Shown here piece after piece: positions 27,190-41,700 of a DNA stretch of 64,000 nucleotides. Below the pieces are notes generated by a model. It did no database searches, was not told the DNA's origin, and worked only from the letters and a program-made list of their open reading frames with translations. Origin of the DNA: Botryllus schlosseri (Eukaryota); the NCBI GenBank assembly GCA_051294905.1, contig CM119371.1:3474001-3538000 (forward strand), in the 5' to 3' direction. The translations under genes and the position numbers were made by a program. Numbering within the stretch: the stretch's first letter is position 1; every line of letters starts with the position of its first letter.

Positions 27190-27813
27190 GATAACGATCA
27201 CGCAATGTTAACTAATTACTATATCACACAATACAAAGACGGTAAATCGCCTACAATATTTGAGAAATGTTATTTGAGTACCGCGCTGAGACTAAAGGAT
27301 TAGATTCGAGTCCTCGTATTCAGGACCTGTGAATAATATTCACAACTTTGGAAAATACCGAGCGAATGAGATTGATGAAATAAGTTACACCAATTATACA
27401 CGAGACGGATAGCTTCATATTTGGCAAGGCGTTATTGGGGCTATTCACACTTCCATTTGTGTGCCTTGGAGTCGACTTTTTATCAAAATACACCAGCCTA
27501 TAACTCTGTAAACAGAAGAAGCTCGTGAACCACCTGGGAAAATTGCAATGAACGCTCTCTGATTCGAAATGTTATGCTAGCGACGTCACATTTTGTGATA
27601 CGAGTGTTGATATACAATGTTCTTTCCAAGTCTCTACTAGTTGCTGAGGATGATCCCTGACGAGTGTTCACCGAAAAGATTCGGGTTCATTTCAATATAA
27701 ATAGACCTATACTATTCAATTGTATATGGAAGATCTGTCGCCTACCTCCAAGAAGCTCTTCAAATTCTGGAAAGTAATAACAAGCCATCCGATGTTTTGC
27801 ACTACCGCATATA

Positions 27814-28170
27814 CTGTCATGGTCCATGATTTGCATTGACTGTGATGTAATACTGTTCCACTTGGTTCGTCTTCATTGTTCTTGCTTTGTTGCATATTTT
27901 TGCTGTGCACACTGTGTATTGTATACCAGTACTATGCTTGGATGCTTACTGCTGATCTTCCATGACTTTTATCTGTTGTTTGTTTTTATATCCATTGGTT
28001 AACTATCATAAGTTCGTTAGTATTGATCTTGCCATATCTACTCTTATATAACTCCGCTGGGTGGCGACTGATTCTAAGACCTACCGGTCCCCCGTCGTCT
28101 CCCAATCTATACCAATTTACATGTGTTTGTTGGTGAGATGAATAAAGCATACTGACTGACTGACTGACTG
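27814..28170 (+). mobile_element. 3' fragment of a CR1/L2-like LINE with (ACTG)n tail
   Basis: AATAAA followed by (ACTG)5; absent at the paralogous site near 40055; short ATATA duplication. Confidence 0.65.
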
Positions 28171-28307
28171 ATATAACTGTTCATCCAGTTATTAAATATA
28201 TAATGTGATGTTGCAGGATTCACGTTAAAGTGGAATTAACTGCAATCACCGATCGCTGTGCACAAATAATGAGCGAGGCAGTGCTAACCAGAATTAAATA
28301 TGAACAT

Positions 28308-28925
28308 TAGGGCTGTTCAAAAATAACTTTTTTTTCCGGATTCCAGCCGTTCACCGATTAAATCGTCAGGTTACCTTAAAAAACGCTGCACACCAAACTT
28401 GGTTCAATTCTAACAAGTATAGGGCTCCGCGGATCCAATTAAAATTTTTAATTTATACAGGAAAATTGAAAAAAAAAAATTTTCAAATTTTTCTGTCAAC
28501 CCCATGAAATTGTTGAGCTGTCTTCAGAGACAATGCAAATAAAATTTGACTCAATTCGGACTAGTAGAAGTGAAGTTATTCGAGTTTTCCGTTGATAATT
28601 CTAGGATTATCCTTGATTGGTGGATAATCCGAGAATTATCAACGAAAAACTCAAATAACTCCGTTTCTACTGGTTGGAATTGACTCAAATTTCATTTGCA
28701 TGGTCTTTGAAGACATCTCAACATTTTCATGGGGTTGAGAGAAAAATTTGAAATTTTTTTTTTTTAATTTTACGTAGTAAATTAAAAATTTTAATTGGCT
28801 CTGCGGACGCTTAGACATGTTCGAATTGAACCAAATTTGGTGTGCAGCGTTTTTTAGGGCAACCTGACAATTTAATCAGTGAATGGCTGGAATCAGGAAA
28901 AAAAAGTTATTTTTGAACAGCCCTA
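28308..28925. mobile_element. Palindromic hAT-type MITE (TAGGGCTGTTCAAAAA subfamily)
   Basis: Foldback arms, 8-bp TSD ATGAACAT; absent from the paralogous site near 40190. Confidence 0.9.
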
Positions 28926-31900
28926 ATGAACATGGGTCGACTGAATCAAGAAACTGCTTTATTAGTCAACAGATTTCAACTTCATTGAATTCGATACGAC
29001 TAGACATCCGCAGCATTATCAAATAATTTAGATATACGTCTTTGATGGCCGTTACCATGAGTCACTATCACTTGATCCTAGCATACTGATGAAAAGTATC
29101 CATGATTACCTACGGTGTGACTACTAGATAATGAAACGAGCTCACTCAACATGATTAATTTCGTGTAAGTCATCGAATGATGCATATCGCTGGATTGCTT
29201 CGTAAATTCTGCATGGTAAAAGACAAGCGCAAATACTGAACTTGTTGAACAGCGAAAATTTGTGGACATGTCAAGTATGATTTTGTAATAGTGCGGCTGC
29301 AATCATAGTCTGTGGAATATGCATGGTATTTCTTCAAATTAGCATGCTACTTTCGGATTCCCTACTAATTATTTTAGACTGCGCGAAAATCAAGCGGGCT
29401 AAATTGAAAATACGCGGTGAATTTCTTTCAATACAACGATTCAAGTACCTATATTTCCTAACAACTGCTTTAGGCGCGACAAGATTTTAGATAGTAACTT
29501 TTTTGTATATCAATCGGAAATAGATATCTTCAATGACTGTATAATAATTTCTCTTTACTAAGGTCACATCTGATTCACCACGTGGCAGCAAGTTATGTCT
29601 GAATAAACAATGGCGCATACATAGCTTTCCGTAAATGATATATATGTTGGAGTGAGTCAACTGGATATTATTTGTTTGTTTCCGTTGATTTTGCAACACT
29701 GCGTGGATACGGGCGAATTGGTATTGTTAAATATGTACCATGGGAAAAATTCAAACACTGCAGTGTTGACTTCACGGCGATTCGTGACATACATCGGTGA
29801 AGTCCAAGCTGCGATTACATAATGATAAGTTTTCTAACTAATTGAATGCTAAACTGTTTGTGCTGGCGGGGCAGTTGCCTTTATAAATCCAAAAATGTTA
29901 AATATTTGACAAGATTACTCGCTGACTTTGATGGGTAAACGCTCACTAGCAATCAAATGAAACATCATATTGGTAAAAGTTTATCTGTTAATCGTATAGG
30001 ATAGTTGGCATTGTTCCAATTGGTCGTTGCGTTGACGCACATTTCTGATCCCCGCATAGAGCATGTTTACACGACCCAGAAAACGGAATCCAAGCAATAT
30101 CCCCAGTAAATGCAATATCGCTCTGTATGTCGTGGAGGAAAAGAAATGTAATTGATAGAGGTAGTTTGCCTGCATAAGTACCACAATTAGGGATTTTATG
30201 ATATGTCCGTAAATCAGTGGCTGTTAACATGGGTTCGATCGAACATACTGGGATTCAACAAGACTGTATTCTGAAATATTAACACTTAGGCCGACTTAGG
30301 ATTTATCAGCGAAATATCTTTGTAAAAATATCCGAACCCAAACTTGTGTGGGGCTCAGGTGATGATAAATAACGATCAGTGTGTTTGACGGTGGATCTAA
30401 TGATGTCATCTGCGTGTAACACACATAAACATATATTCTTCCTGGGGCTGCTTTTTCAAGGGATTCATTCAACACGACACTGGTTTAATTGCGTGCATCC
30501 GATTTTTACTATCGTAAAGCAGAATAGCACCCGCGAACTCGTTATACCTAACCTACATCTCGTAAGCTTCGAAATCCTAAATACCGATTTCAGGGTGCGT
30601 TACTTGATTAGAGGGACAGTGCATACATGGATCGTCAGAAAAATTAAGCTACTACTCTCAGATTATAGCTGCTAATACTTTTCCGAATTGAACTAGCTTT
30701 GGAATTATGGCCATTAGGATATTTATCCAAATTATATGGGTCGTTTATGAAAATGGTTTCATACCCGTTCATACCCGTTTCATACCTTCACTGAAACTTT
30801 GGATATGTGTCCATTGTCAATAGCCACGATGGGTGGATGTGACGAATAGTGCTGCCCTTCCAATCTGAGTTCCACAATACAAATGACATCCAGGGCACCA
30901 CAGAGAAAGAAACACATGAAAATTTGTGTGCGCGTCTCGCGAATTATTTTTTTAGTATACTACGTTTGGGTGAATAAAATATCTTTTGATCATATAACAG
31001 ACGGGAGGTCACAAACTATATTCAAAAAATTGTCTCGAGTCTGACTCCAGTCAAGTCATGAATCGAGTCATCTCAACACTGGTTTTGCCTCGAGTCAAAT
31101 CGAGTCATTTTCAATTCACCACCGAGTCAAATCCGAGTCCAAGTCATCGAGCCGAGGTTCGAGTCCACAATTATACACACAGCATTTTAAATCTCTTTCA
31201 ATGTGAAATTAAAATTATATGTGCACGGTATCCTACGTATGGCATGTGTATTCCGTCTTATGTTCCGAATATGACATCCGTACGCAAAGCCATATAACTA
31301 AAATTTTGTCATTCGAACTTATCTAACTGCGTAATAATATAAATAATATATTTGATTATATGATTCGAACATTCATCGAACTTCATCTGTAAATCAATCT
31401 GATTCGTTCAGTTGATGATGAGATAAGCGATTATTGAACAAATGATGCGGCTGCAACTTTTGAATCGTAAAATGAGCTCCATACACATAATAAATGTTTG
31501 GCGTCGACTGATATATGGTTTGTTTGTTTCAGTTGACTATGCAGGTACCTTGGGGTGCATTGGTCGTCACGTTGCACATTGTACGCACTGTCAACGCACT
31601 TGATTTGACGCATCAATTATCTTCATTTAATAATCCTTGGTTGCGGAATGCTATTCTTGAGTCGGTTCACTTACACCACAAGCTCGCAGTCCCGTAAAAA
31701 TTTCAAAGTTGACTTACCAGAGTAATTTTGGTTTGCAATACTCATCATAAACTTATCTTGCTTCCACAAGAATACGGACAAAAGGAAACGTCCAACCAAC
31801 ATCTGTGTGCCAAAATGATGATAAGGCATTGATCTTTGTGATGATGTTGTATTAGCACGACAGGTAATGTGGAATGCAATAAAAAATTAGTTGCTGGTAA

Positions 31901-31944
31901 TCATGCGCATCATTTTCCAAATGTGAAGCATATTGCACATCTGC

Positions 31945-32196
31945 GAGCGAGATAGTGTAATGGTGTTGCGTCCGGCTTCTTGATCGGTAGGCCGTGGGTT
32001 CGATCCCCGGCCATGTCTCGAAAACTGGTATGCGCGGCTATCTTGTTAGGCGCTCAGCAGAAACGGATAGCATGGAGGAGAAAACGGGGCTGTAGATTTG
32101 ATGAACTTACTATAAGGGCGGTCGCATGTCCGTCGTCAAAGCTTCTTGATGTTGCGGGCGAAAAAGAATACCATATCTCTCTCTCTCTCTCTCTCT
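31945..32196 (+). mobile_element. tRNA-derived SINE with (TC)n tail
   Basis: Pol III box A TAGTGTAATGG (31953) and box B GGTTCGATCC, then a body and a (TC)n tail. An orthologous, partly 5'-deleted copy lies at ~44988-45227. Confidence 0.85.
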
Positions 32197-35100
32197 GAAA
32201 CCTCACAAATAAATTGCCACGATAAGATTAAATAGATGAAAAGGTTCGTGTATTTTTATTAGAATTAAGATTAAATTGTCGGGACATGAAAACCAATACG
32301 ACGGGAGTGCCATGTGGTGAAAGTATGATACATACACAGGACATGTTCGAACGGCGCAGCCGGCTAGGAAGTCTTATATCATTATCTGTGTTTCGCGTGA
32401 CGCGAATTATCACTTAAAATCCTTGATTACTTCGATTGGATATAGGTAGAAAACGTCCGATAGTCATAAATACGTTGCCATAGTATTGATTGACTTTCTT
32501 AAACTCAAGGACGGAGGAGAACGAGTTCATAACTGCAAGCTTGGTATTGCTGCGCGCATACTCGCCAGTTCTAAAACAAAAGTCGCGAGTAGGTTTGGTC
32601 GAAGGTGCTTACCATTTTCAGTACTCAGCAGTCAGCCCGCCAAGTTGAGAGGTTAGGTCGCGGAACATTTTGAAATCGAATTTTGGGTCGCGACCATAAA
32701 AAAGTTCTGGACCCCTGCCATACACCATCCGGTGATGCAACAGGGATGCCTATTATAAGAATGCTTATGATATGCACAAACGGAGCTTGTGTCTGATTGT
32801 ACATCCTTTCAGCATACATATCATCCTATATGAGGTGAATGTCTTCTCGAAAAATCAAAGCCAAATAGTAGCGTTACCTCGCGAATTAACGCTGTTCATT
32901 ATAATATGACGTTTTGACACGAAATAACTGATCATACGTGAGGTTGTGTACACGCACTGAACGGTATGAACACTCCGTCAACTTCACGTACTGGCCATTC
33001 GCATGGTCCTTATTTGTTTTGCTCCTTTGCAAGCTTATAGTTTCCCTCAGTCATGCGGCGATTACTTCATCAACGTATTGAATTGCGATTACGATTGCAC
33101 CAAAATCTCCATTACGATTATATTGCTAAAGGGGCAGTGTTCTCTAAATATGATGCGGTCTCGAATTGAAGATAAAATCGGTAAAAAATTCTTGACCGCA
33201 ACCATTTTCTTCAGAAAGCTTTCGTAATGAAGCTGCAGCTAAACCAAAATTCCAACTGTCCCCATTACTCGCCAGTTAAATTAATATTGTCTATAATTGT
33301 GGCGCGGTTGCGAGTCTTTATTGCTTAACCCTTTGCAAACTTGCTGGCACGATATCTTAACTTACACTTGCTCGACGCCATCTCCATTGCGATTTCTCGC
33401 CAGCAAGAATTTTTTATTGTACCTATTTGACAGTCAACGCTAACATGGTGTTGGCTATCGCGACAGATTCAAATGTTAAGTACACAATTGCGCAATATTG
33501 ATTGCTAGAGCGATAGTCTTTATTTTCATCCAACCAAAATACCTTAAAAAACATATGGCAGTGATGGTGGTACAGAAAAAATGCATGCACAGTATTCGGT
33601 TTCACATAGGAATGATCGATACGACCGTGAAGGTCAACTTGTCTGATCACACCAGCAGGCTAGGCTACCCGATTGAAGCATTGCCATATAGGAATAAGGT
33701 AAAGCGAGCATAAAATTCTCCCATAAAGAATGATTGTAGTCGCAGATAAACATACTAATGCCTATTCTATGTGTATACCACTTATTCCTGATATTGTGAG
33801 TTGCCGATTCACGGAGCAGCTTTGCAATGATTCATATCTGTTTCAAACAAGGAGTGGATGATGTGCATATGCCACTGGACATTGAAGGTAAAGTGATAGA
33901 CTTTCAATACTTCAATACTTCAATTTTGCACCAATTCACTGTGCCATCCAGAATGTTGAATGCCAAGCGGCAAGCTACGGTTTTCAGTTGTACCTATCAG
34001 TTCTTATGTCTGACACGTTCAGGGATTGAGACAAGACATACGGTCAAGCACCTGGACCCGCCATCATTATGATATCTATTCTGTTAGGAGTTTACGCACC
34101 TTTAATTACCTCGAGCCGATGTATTAAGGCAGCTCTTTTCAACAATGAGTCAGAAATTCCAACGTTATATATCTTAATATCAAACGATTATAATAATGTT
34201 TATTCCAATCACCCCTGACGAGTGCCAGCCTAACATATTCGAGTTTATTTGAATACACCAGGGGCCGGTAACCTTTCGTGTGCAACGTGCCCAAATATCA
34301 TAAAATTCTAAAATATTACCAACGTTTCAAGCCCTGAACCTGAACCATCTTTCTGCAGCTGGTAGCGCGATTGGTTACGTCAGTGATTCTTACAGTATTG
34401 GTCGCGAAGGGTATAAGTTTTGGTCGTTATCGCATCAGACCTGCGGCCTAATGTAATGCGTAATATGTGCATCACTTAGTCGCGTAATGGTCGATCATCT
34501 GTGATTACCTTGATCGATTCCAAGTCACTATATGTTCGGTACCATGGCCTATAAGTGACGAGGCCCAAAAAAACATGCTGATGATAAAAAAATGGCCTGA
34601 TGATAAAAAATGTCCCAACCCCTGTATCATGTAAGTCGGTTTGATGTCATAATTAGGTTGGTCTGACATTAGATTTGTCTGCAAAGCACCAAAGTTCGCG
34701 GTATAGCGGTAAAGGTCGTCGCTGATCCAGATATATCAGAATCGTTTACTCGTATCAGACGAAACTGAAACAATATATCCTTGCGTGACCCGACACAATT
34801 TCAATTTCGCATTTCGACACTGGAGTCATTATTTGTGTGGATCTCATTTGAGACGTGCGGCTCAAGCTGCGGGCGCTGGACTATTCGCCACGGTCATTTC
34901 GGCCAGAGAATTATAGAACTCTATATATGCCTGATTTCGGCACCTGTACAATGGACATATCAATGTCGAACGTTTCGGCCAACATGCGGTAGGTATGTTA
35001 CTATATTTCTATGCTTCATCGCCCCCAATCATTTAGGTAGCGAATACAGCGCCATGCAGCAGTCGCATTTTGCCCGAAACGTGTGTTGTGTATCCTAACG

Positions 35101-36160
35101 TGAAAATGCCCAGCGCCTAAATGCTGGCCCATATAAAATATTTGCGGTCCCACAGGCTGCACAGTGCGCACTTCTAGACTAAGGTATCAAAACGGTTTCA
35201 TACGATATTAGGTTGCGTCATAGTAAGTCGCGCGGAGTGCGAAAAAATGTTCAAGAATGCTAAAATCTGCCCTGAAAGTCTCTGCTTTATGTGGATTTAT
35301 CAAAAAATTATAGCTTTTTCCATTTTGATAACTTATGCGACATGTTTTGCAACAAACTTGGTTATAATATTTCGTATTCGTCAAATCATTAGGCATGCCA
35401 AGAAAAATCATCTCGACGACATACAAATGTAACAAGGTATATGCGGAAAATAGCATTTTTTGCGTGCGCATAAATAACACGTGCTTAGTTCACTACTGAA
35501 ACTTCTTTTGGAGAGGCTTGTAACTTTGATACAAGAAACCCAACATTACAACCTGTCGATACCGAGAGCTCCCTTCGTCCAACATAGGCATTCATTAATA
35601 AACATCATGTGACAACTTTGTGTCTCACATTTCATATTATTTTATGGATTAACATTGGTGAATAGCAATAAACACTGAAACAATGACATTACGAATTTTG
35701 GACCACGCAAACAGCTCGGTAAACATAATCTATTTTAACGCAAGTCATCCAACTATGCCGTTTGTTTATTCTCGTAGATAACAGGGATAACCGGCCGACA
35801 ATATTACAGAAGGCGTATATATTTACTTCGAATGTATCAACTTTGCAGATCGTGCTAATGCCTTTATATTGACTCGAATATATTAGATATCCGTACCAAT
35901 TGATCCATCAAATTTCAAGTCCCTACCAAGTATTTTATGTGATCACGAATCATTGTATCAATCATGCATTGGAAACATGTGGTAAATTATATCAAAACAA
36001 TAATTCTAGTCACTATATTTTCCAGTTACGGTTTAGACTACAACCAAATTCCGGATGGAAGCTGGTTTATATTCAAAATAGTGCCATTGCTAGCGATGAG
36101 TAAAATGTAATAACGATTCGAAAGAGAACGTATGACCGTTCTGACTCGGATCGTCTAGAA

Positions 36161-36477
36161 CAGTGGTTCCCAACCTTTTTCGACTGATCGCCCCCTTTTC
36201 AAGCTCAACGCCGATCATCGCCCCCAAAATTTTGTGAACCGAAAAATCGGTATACAAAATGTAATCACCGGCGGGTTGACTAAAAAAAGGTCAACTTTGC
36301 CGTTCAATGTCGAATTTTACACTTTTGCAACTGAATTTTCGTGGGATGACTGAAAAAAATGTCATTTCTCCGACTTGACTCCAATATAGCCGTTTTAACG
36401 CGTCATCGCCCCCCTATCGTCCCCTTCGTCATTTTCGCCCCCCTAGACCGCCAAATTGCCCACGTTGGGAACCACTG
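36161..36477. mobile_element. hAT MITE (CAGTGGTTCCCAAC TIR, CGCCCC repeats)
   Basis: 14-bp TIR, 8-bp TSD GTCTAGAA. Confidence 0.9.
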
Positions 36478-36516
36478 GTCTAGAATTTATCGAACAACGA
36501 AAAATATGGTTGTAAG

Positions 36517-36707
36517 CAATGTTTCCTCAATTTTTGACGAGTCTGCGCACACTCACCCACTCACTGCGCAGACACTGGACAGCAGTGCGTAACAACAAAA
36601 AAAAGGTCATCACTTCGGATTTTTTGTGCGCATCTTAAATTTTCTGTGCGCAGAGACCGTGACAGCACTGCGCATTTGTGCACGTGCGCAGCTTAGAGGG
36701 AACATTG
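36517..36707. mobile_element. Short hAT MITE (CAATGTTCCCTCTAA family), reverse orientation
   Basis: TIRs and TSD GTTGTAA(G/C). Confidence 0.82.
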
Positions 36708-36771
36708 GTTGTAACCAAAACATCGGTTTTGATTGACTTCTGTCAATCACGATAGCAATACATAATCTAGC

Positions 36772-38709
36772 CAGGGTTGTAACCAAGTCACAAAGCACCG
36801 AGTCACAAGTCCATCTCAGTTTTATAGTTTTGACTCGAGTCAAGTCGAGTCATTTACAATTCACCACCGAGTCAAGTCCGAGTCCAAGTCAGCAAAAATA
36901 CGGTGGAGTCCGAGTCATGGAATTATGACTCGAGTCGAGTCCAAGTCATTGTGTTGACTGCTCAGATTCCTGTTAAAGTCTTGTTAATCCCACCTTTATA
37001 ACCAGGGTTGCCATCGACATTGACCCAAAAATAAGGACAGTCGAAAATTTAGATTAGCATGAAAAAGCGTTTTTGTACATACGTTGTATTTATTCGATCC
37101 GTGGCATATCACATTCCATACTTTTCGCCAGAAACAATCTGCTCCAGCAACACCTTGTTATTAGAAAGTGCTTCATGGATCTCACGACAGCTCATAGGTC
37201 TAGGTTTACTTGGGCCGAAACAGCACTGCACCGCTCACCTCCGTAGGGTGATAAACCAAACTTCTTCACCTCGTTGTGATAAGAGGCGTCAACCAAGATG
37301 GAAAAATGCCGTTCACCAAGTTTATACAAATTCATTTTTGAGCGCATGGAGCAAGAACTCCAGTAACAGTGCTTGTACTGTTGGTCCTGGCCGGAGAAAA
37401 CTCATTTGCGACGTTGGAGTCGGGGAATATTGTTTTGAACAATTACGATGTGCAATCGTTGGTGAGGAATGATTGCTGTTGTTTGACAGTATGGAATGCC
37501 CAGGTACCCTCTGCAGCAGCTGCCTTGTAGTTTGTGGTCGTTGGTGCTGATCGACTTATGGAAAAATTATTCATAGACTGGCTCAAATTAATCATTATGA
37601 CACAGTTCTTGTGTTTTGTGGTATCAATGTGAGTTGAAATAGCGGTCTTTCCTAGGGCCTCCAGGTTAATGTCACAATTGCAGATATTACAATGTGCGAA
37701 ACCTTTCAAGTTTCGTTAGATACCTTTGAATTCTCTCTCATAATCGTCACGAAAAACGATTTTGCGCCTGCTCATTTTAACTAACCAGATTTAGCCTTAT
37801 TAGGAGCTAAAACTATATGCACAAGTGCAATATAATTTAGAAAAATTTATCAATGATTTATAGCTTTACTACTTTTTAACCAATGTGTCGACTGAACTGC
37901 GCCTTTTTTCACTACGCAATAAATGCGGCCTTCCCCACAGCTGGAGCTTATTCTGCTGTAGACCGAACAGCAGGAACCTGGTACTGGTGCTAAAATGACG
38001 TCCGCTGCGGTAGCTTGGTGCAGACGAAACTGCTATACCGCCACTCACTGCCCTAGCCCTCACCAGTTAGAAGTCAAATCTTGTGGTGTGTACGTCACAA
38101 GAGTTCCTATCATTTATGATGTCACAACGTAATCACAACGTAAAAGCATAATTTTAGAATATTATGCAAATTAGATACCAGAGGAAATGATCGAATTTCT
38201 GTAGATGTTGAAAATAAGACAAAATAAGGACGCAATTCGAAAATAAGGACATTTCTTGGAAATAAGGACAGTCGAATTTTCTAAGACGTGGCCCTTCAAA
38301 ATAAGGACAAATCTTAGAAATAAGGACGGTATGGCAACCCTGTTTATAACTCTATTTGGTGATATCGAACGGTTCTCATTTAACATATACTAATTTTCAT
38401 CACTTTTAGCAGTTTCTGGTAACATTTTCAAGTACCAGTATCAATAGACGAAATCCAAATAGTGTGGTTACTTTACTATTCTTTGAAATTACAATGAAAT
38501 GTCGGTCTTGGCGGTCTGCGTCTCGAGTCATATGACTTGGCTCGAGTCATGCACAATGACTCGAGTCCAAGTCGAGTCAATACAGAAATTGACTCGAGTC
38601 GAGTCATTACCGTATTCTGAGAAAATGACTCGAGTCAAGTCGAGTCATCAGAAAATCGTGACTCCAGTCCGACTCTAGTCGAGTCATGACTCGAGTCATT
38701 ACAACCCTG
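36772..38709. mobile_element. GACTCGAGTC-family hAT MITE carrying a nested element
   Basis: CAGGGTTGTAA...TTACAACCCTG ends, imperfect TSD TAATCTA. Confidence 0.82.
37003..38342 (-). mobile_element. Internally deleted hAT transposon with a 5' transposase pseudogene
   Basis: TIR CAGGGTTGCCAT, 8-bp TSD TTTATAAC, AATAAGGAC subterminal repeats. From ATG 37775: MSRRKIVF...AHCNICNCDI...HIDTTKH...AEGTWAFHTV...LFKTIFPDS, with in-frame stops. Confidence 0.88.
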
Positions 38710-41700
38710 TAATCTACTAGTAGGCTACTATAGAGCTGGACTGAAACCTCTACTAGAAACAATGTGATGATTCTAAAATTTCTTAGAATTCAGTTCAATA
38801 ATCGCTCTTACATCACCAAGCAAGAAGAAATTTACGATACACGTAATGATTTTGGTACACTAGTTCTCTTTATTCTCTCGAATGCAATCTACTCTGTGTT
38901 CCTTAATTCGATTGACAGCTGACTCGGCAGTAAGTCAGGTGAACAGAGAATTTTGAAAAGCTGAAGATTCGAAAACGCCGCAATTGAATTCTGAGTATGC
39001 CTACCATAGTTTTCATTCGTCCGATAATATCTGTACCGAACATGCTAATAAACTAACTAAAGATTTACCGATTCGTCCCGCGGGGTGTATTGAAATATGA
39101 ATGTTAAAGTTGGACCGTGGCAATTAATTCAGTTATAAATATTTTGGGAATGCTTCTGTCAACGGATTCCATCACGTCGGTTAAGAATTATATTCCAAAA
39201 GATATATGTAATACAAGATTTCTGTCATTTATAGTTCAATCCGCTCTTTATGCAGGTATTGGCAAGTTCGAAGCCAGCTACATATATCAGCCAGCAATAC
39301 ATTTTCTATATCCACAAATTGAAATCGGTCGATAAAATATAGGCTTGCGCTAGTCACTGGGTTATATAGTTGATTTCGGAAGAGTAGGCAGAAGTGAGCG
39401 GTAATTCCAAACTTTGCAGCAGAGAATGCTCAGTGGTTCAGAATCCGTAATATACAACAGCGAAGGTAAACCTGCGACTACGGTCTGCAAACGGCCCCAT
39501 TTATGTGGATATTGGACCAAGCATTATCTGGTTATGCGGGCTCTGGTAATAAGGAAGAATGCATTGCAAAAATCAAACAACCACCTGTATTTGTAATGAG
39601 CTTCTTCAAAATAGTACCGGTTGTTTCTCAGTATTTCATAGGCTCAGTGTATTTGAGAAGGTTTCTCGTCGTAGCACAATATATTAGCCGGTTGCAGATA
39701 ACATCACTCACGCATAATCACTAATATATGCTTTTGTCAAGTAACAAGACTGATGTTCGACAGACGGGCTTTATATGCTATGTACGTAGTATAGTATCAG
39801 AAAGACTTGGTTCTCCATTGAGCTATCAAGCATGTCCTACGGTGGGTGCGTAACAATCTGACTCCATAACTGAGCTTTTATAAGTTTACTTCTTTTTCAC
39901 CATCTTGCTTGAGCATGCTCACCTGATTAGGTATGGATTCATTTATTTTATTGTCGATGAAGAATGACAAAACTACAATAGTCACAAAAACGAACGCGTC
40001 TGTTTACTACTGAAAAGTAATTACAAGCCATCCGATGTCTTGTACTACCGCATATAACTGTTCATCCAGTCCTTAAATAGGCTATGTAGTGCGATATCGC
40101 AGGATTCATGTTACAATGGAATTGACTGATGTCTATCACCGATCGTTTTCCTCAAATAATGAGCAAGACACTGCTCAGCATAATGAAATATAAACATGGA
40201 TCGACTGAATCAAGAATTAAATACCAAGCTCCGTATTATCAAATTCGATACGACCAGCCATCCGTGGCATTATCAAATAATCAATATATACGTCTTTTAT
40301 GGCCATTTTCGTCGGTCAACATCAATTTATCCTAAGATACTGATAAAAAGTATCCATGACTACGGTGTGATTATTAGATGATGAAACGAACTCACTAAGC
40401 ATGATTGATTTCGTGTAAGTCATGGAATGATGCGAATCGCTGGCTTGCTTCGTAAATTCTGCATGGCAAAAGACGAGCGCAAAGACTGAAATTGTTGAAG
40501 AGCGAAAATTTGTTGACATGTCAAGTAGACTTTTTCAAATGTGCGGCTGCAATCATATTCCGTGAAATATGCATGGTATTTGTTCAAATTAGCACGCGAG
40601 TTTTGGATTCCCCCACCAATTATTTTAGATTGCGCGAAAATCAAGTGGGCTAATTTAATAATACGCTGTGAATTTCTTGCAATACAACGATTTAAGTACC
40701 TATTTCCTAGCAATTGCTTTAGGCGCGACAAGATTTTGGATAGTAACTTCACCTGTATAATAATTTCTCTTTACTAACATAACATGGGATTCAATCAACG
40801 TGGCAGCAAGTTATGTCTGAATAAACAATAGCGTATACACATGTTTCAGTAAATGATATATATGTTGGAGCGAGTCAACGTGCGATATAATTTGTTTGCT
40901 TCCGTTGATTTTGCAACACTGCGTGGATACGGGCGGATTGGCTTTGTTAAATATGTACTGTGGGACAAATTCAAACACTAGTATTGACTTCACGGCGATT
41001 CATAATTCGTAACATACATCGGTGAAGTCGAAGTTGCGATTACAGAATGATAAGTTTTCTAAGTAATTGAATGCTAAACTGAGTATCACTGTTGGTGCTG
41101 CCGGGGCATTTGCCAATATAAATCGATTTTTTTTAAATATTTGAAAAAATTACCCGCAGACTTTGATGGGTAAACGCTCACTAACAATCAAACGAAACAT
41201 CATATTGGTAAAAGTTTATCTGTTAATCGTATAGGATAGTTCGCATTATTCCAAACGGTCGTTGCGTTGACGCACATTTCTGATCCCCGCATAGAGCATG
41301 TTTACACGACCCAGATAAAGGAATCCAAGCAATATCCCCAGTAAATGCAATATCGCTCTGTATGTCGTGGAGGAAGAGAAATGTAATTAATAGAGGTAGT
41401 TTGCCTGCATAAGTAGCACAATTACGGATTTTAGGATATGTCTGTAAATCAGTGGCTGTTAACATGGGTTCGATCGAACACTGGGATTCAACAAGACTGT
41501 GTATTCTAAAATATCAACACTTAGTCCGACTTATGATTCATCAGCAAAATATCTTTGTAAAGATATCCGAGCCCAAACTTGTGTGGGGCTCACGTGATGA
41601 TAAAAAACGATCAGTGTGTTTGACGGTGGATCTAACGATGTCATCTGCGTGTAACACACATAAAAATATATTCTTCCTGGGGCTGCTTTTTCAAGGGAAT

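Larger units (their letters stand above)
27767..34259 (+). repeat. Segmental direct duplication, copy 1
   Basis: Colinear with 40010-53987 (e.g. paired ORFs 29988/41223, 30379/41452, 31431/44485). Confidence 0.93.

Noticed and set aside
29981..30675. ORFs shared between the two duplicates (80 and 98/152 aa)
   Set aside because: Sharing is explained by the duplication itself; no domain-like features.
31945..32015. tRNA gene
   Set aside because: Boxes A/B are present, but there is no convincing cloverleaf and it continues into a SINE body and (TC)n tail.
38520..38700. GACTCGAGTC and TAGCG arrays as possible CRISPR-like arrays
   Set aside because: Irregular short repeats next to TIRs and TSDs, i.e. 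transposon subterminal repeats; no constant repeat/spacer period and no cas genes.
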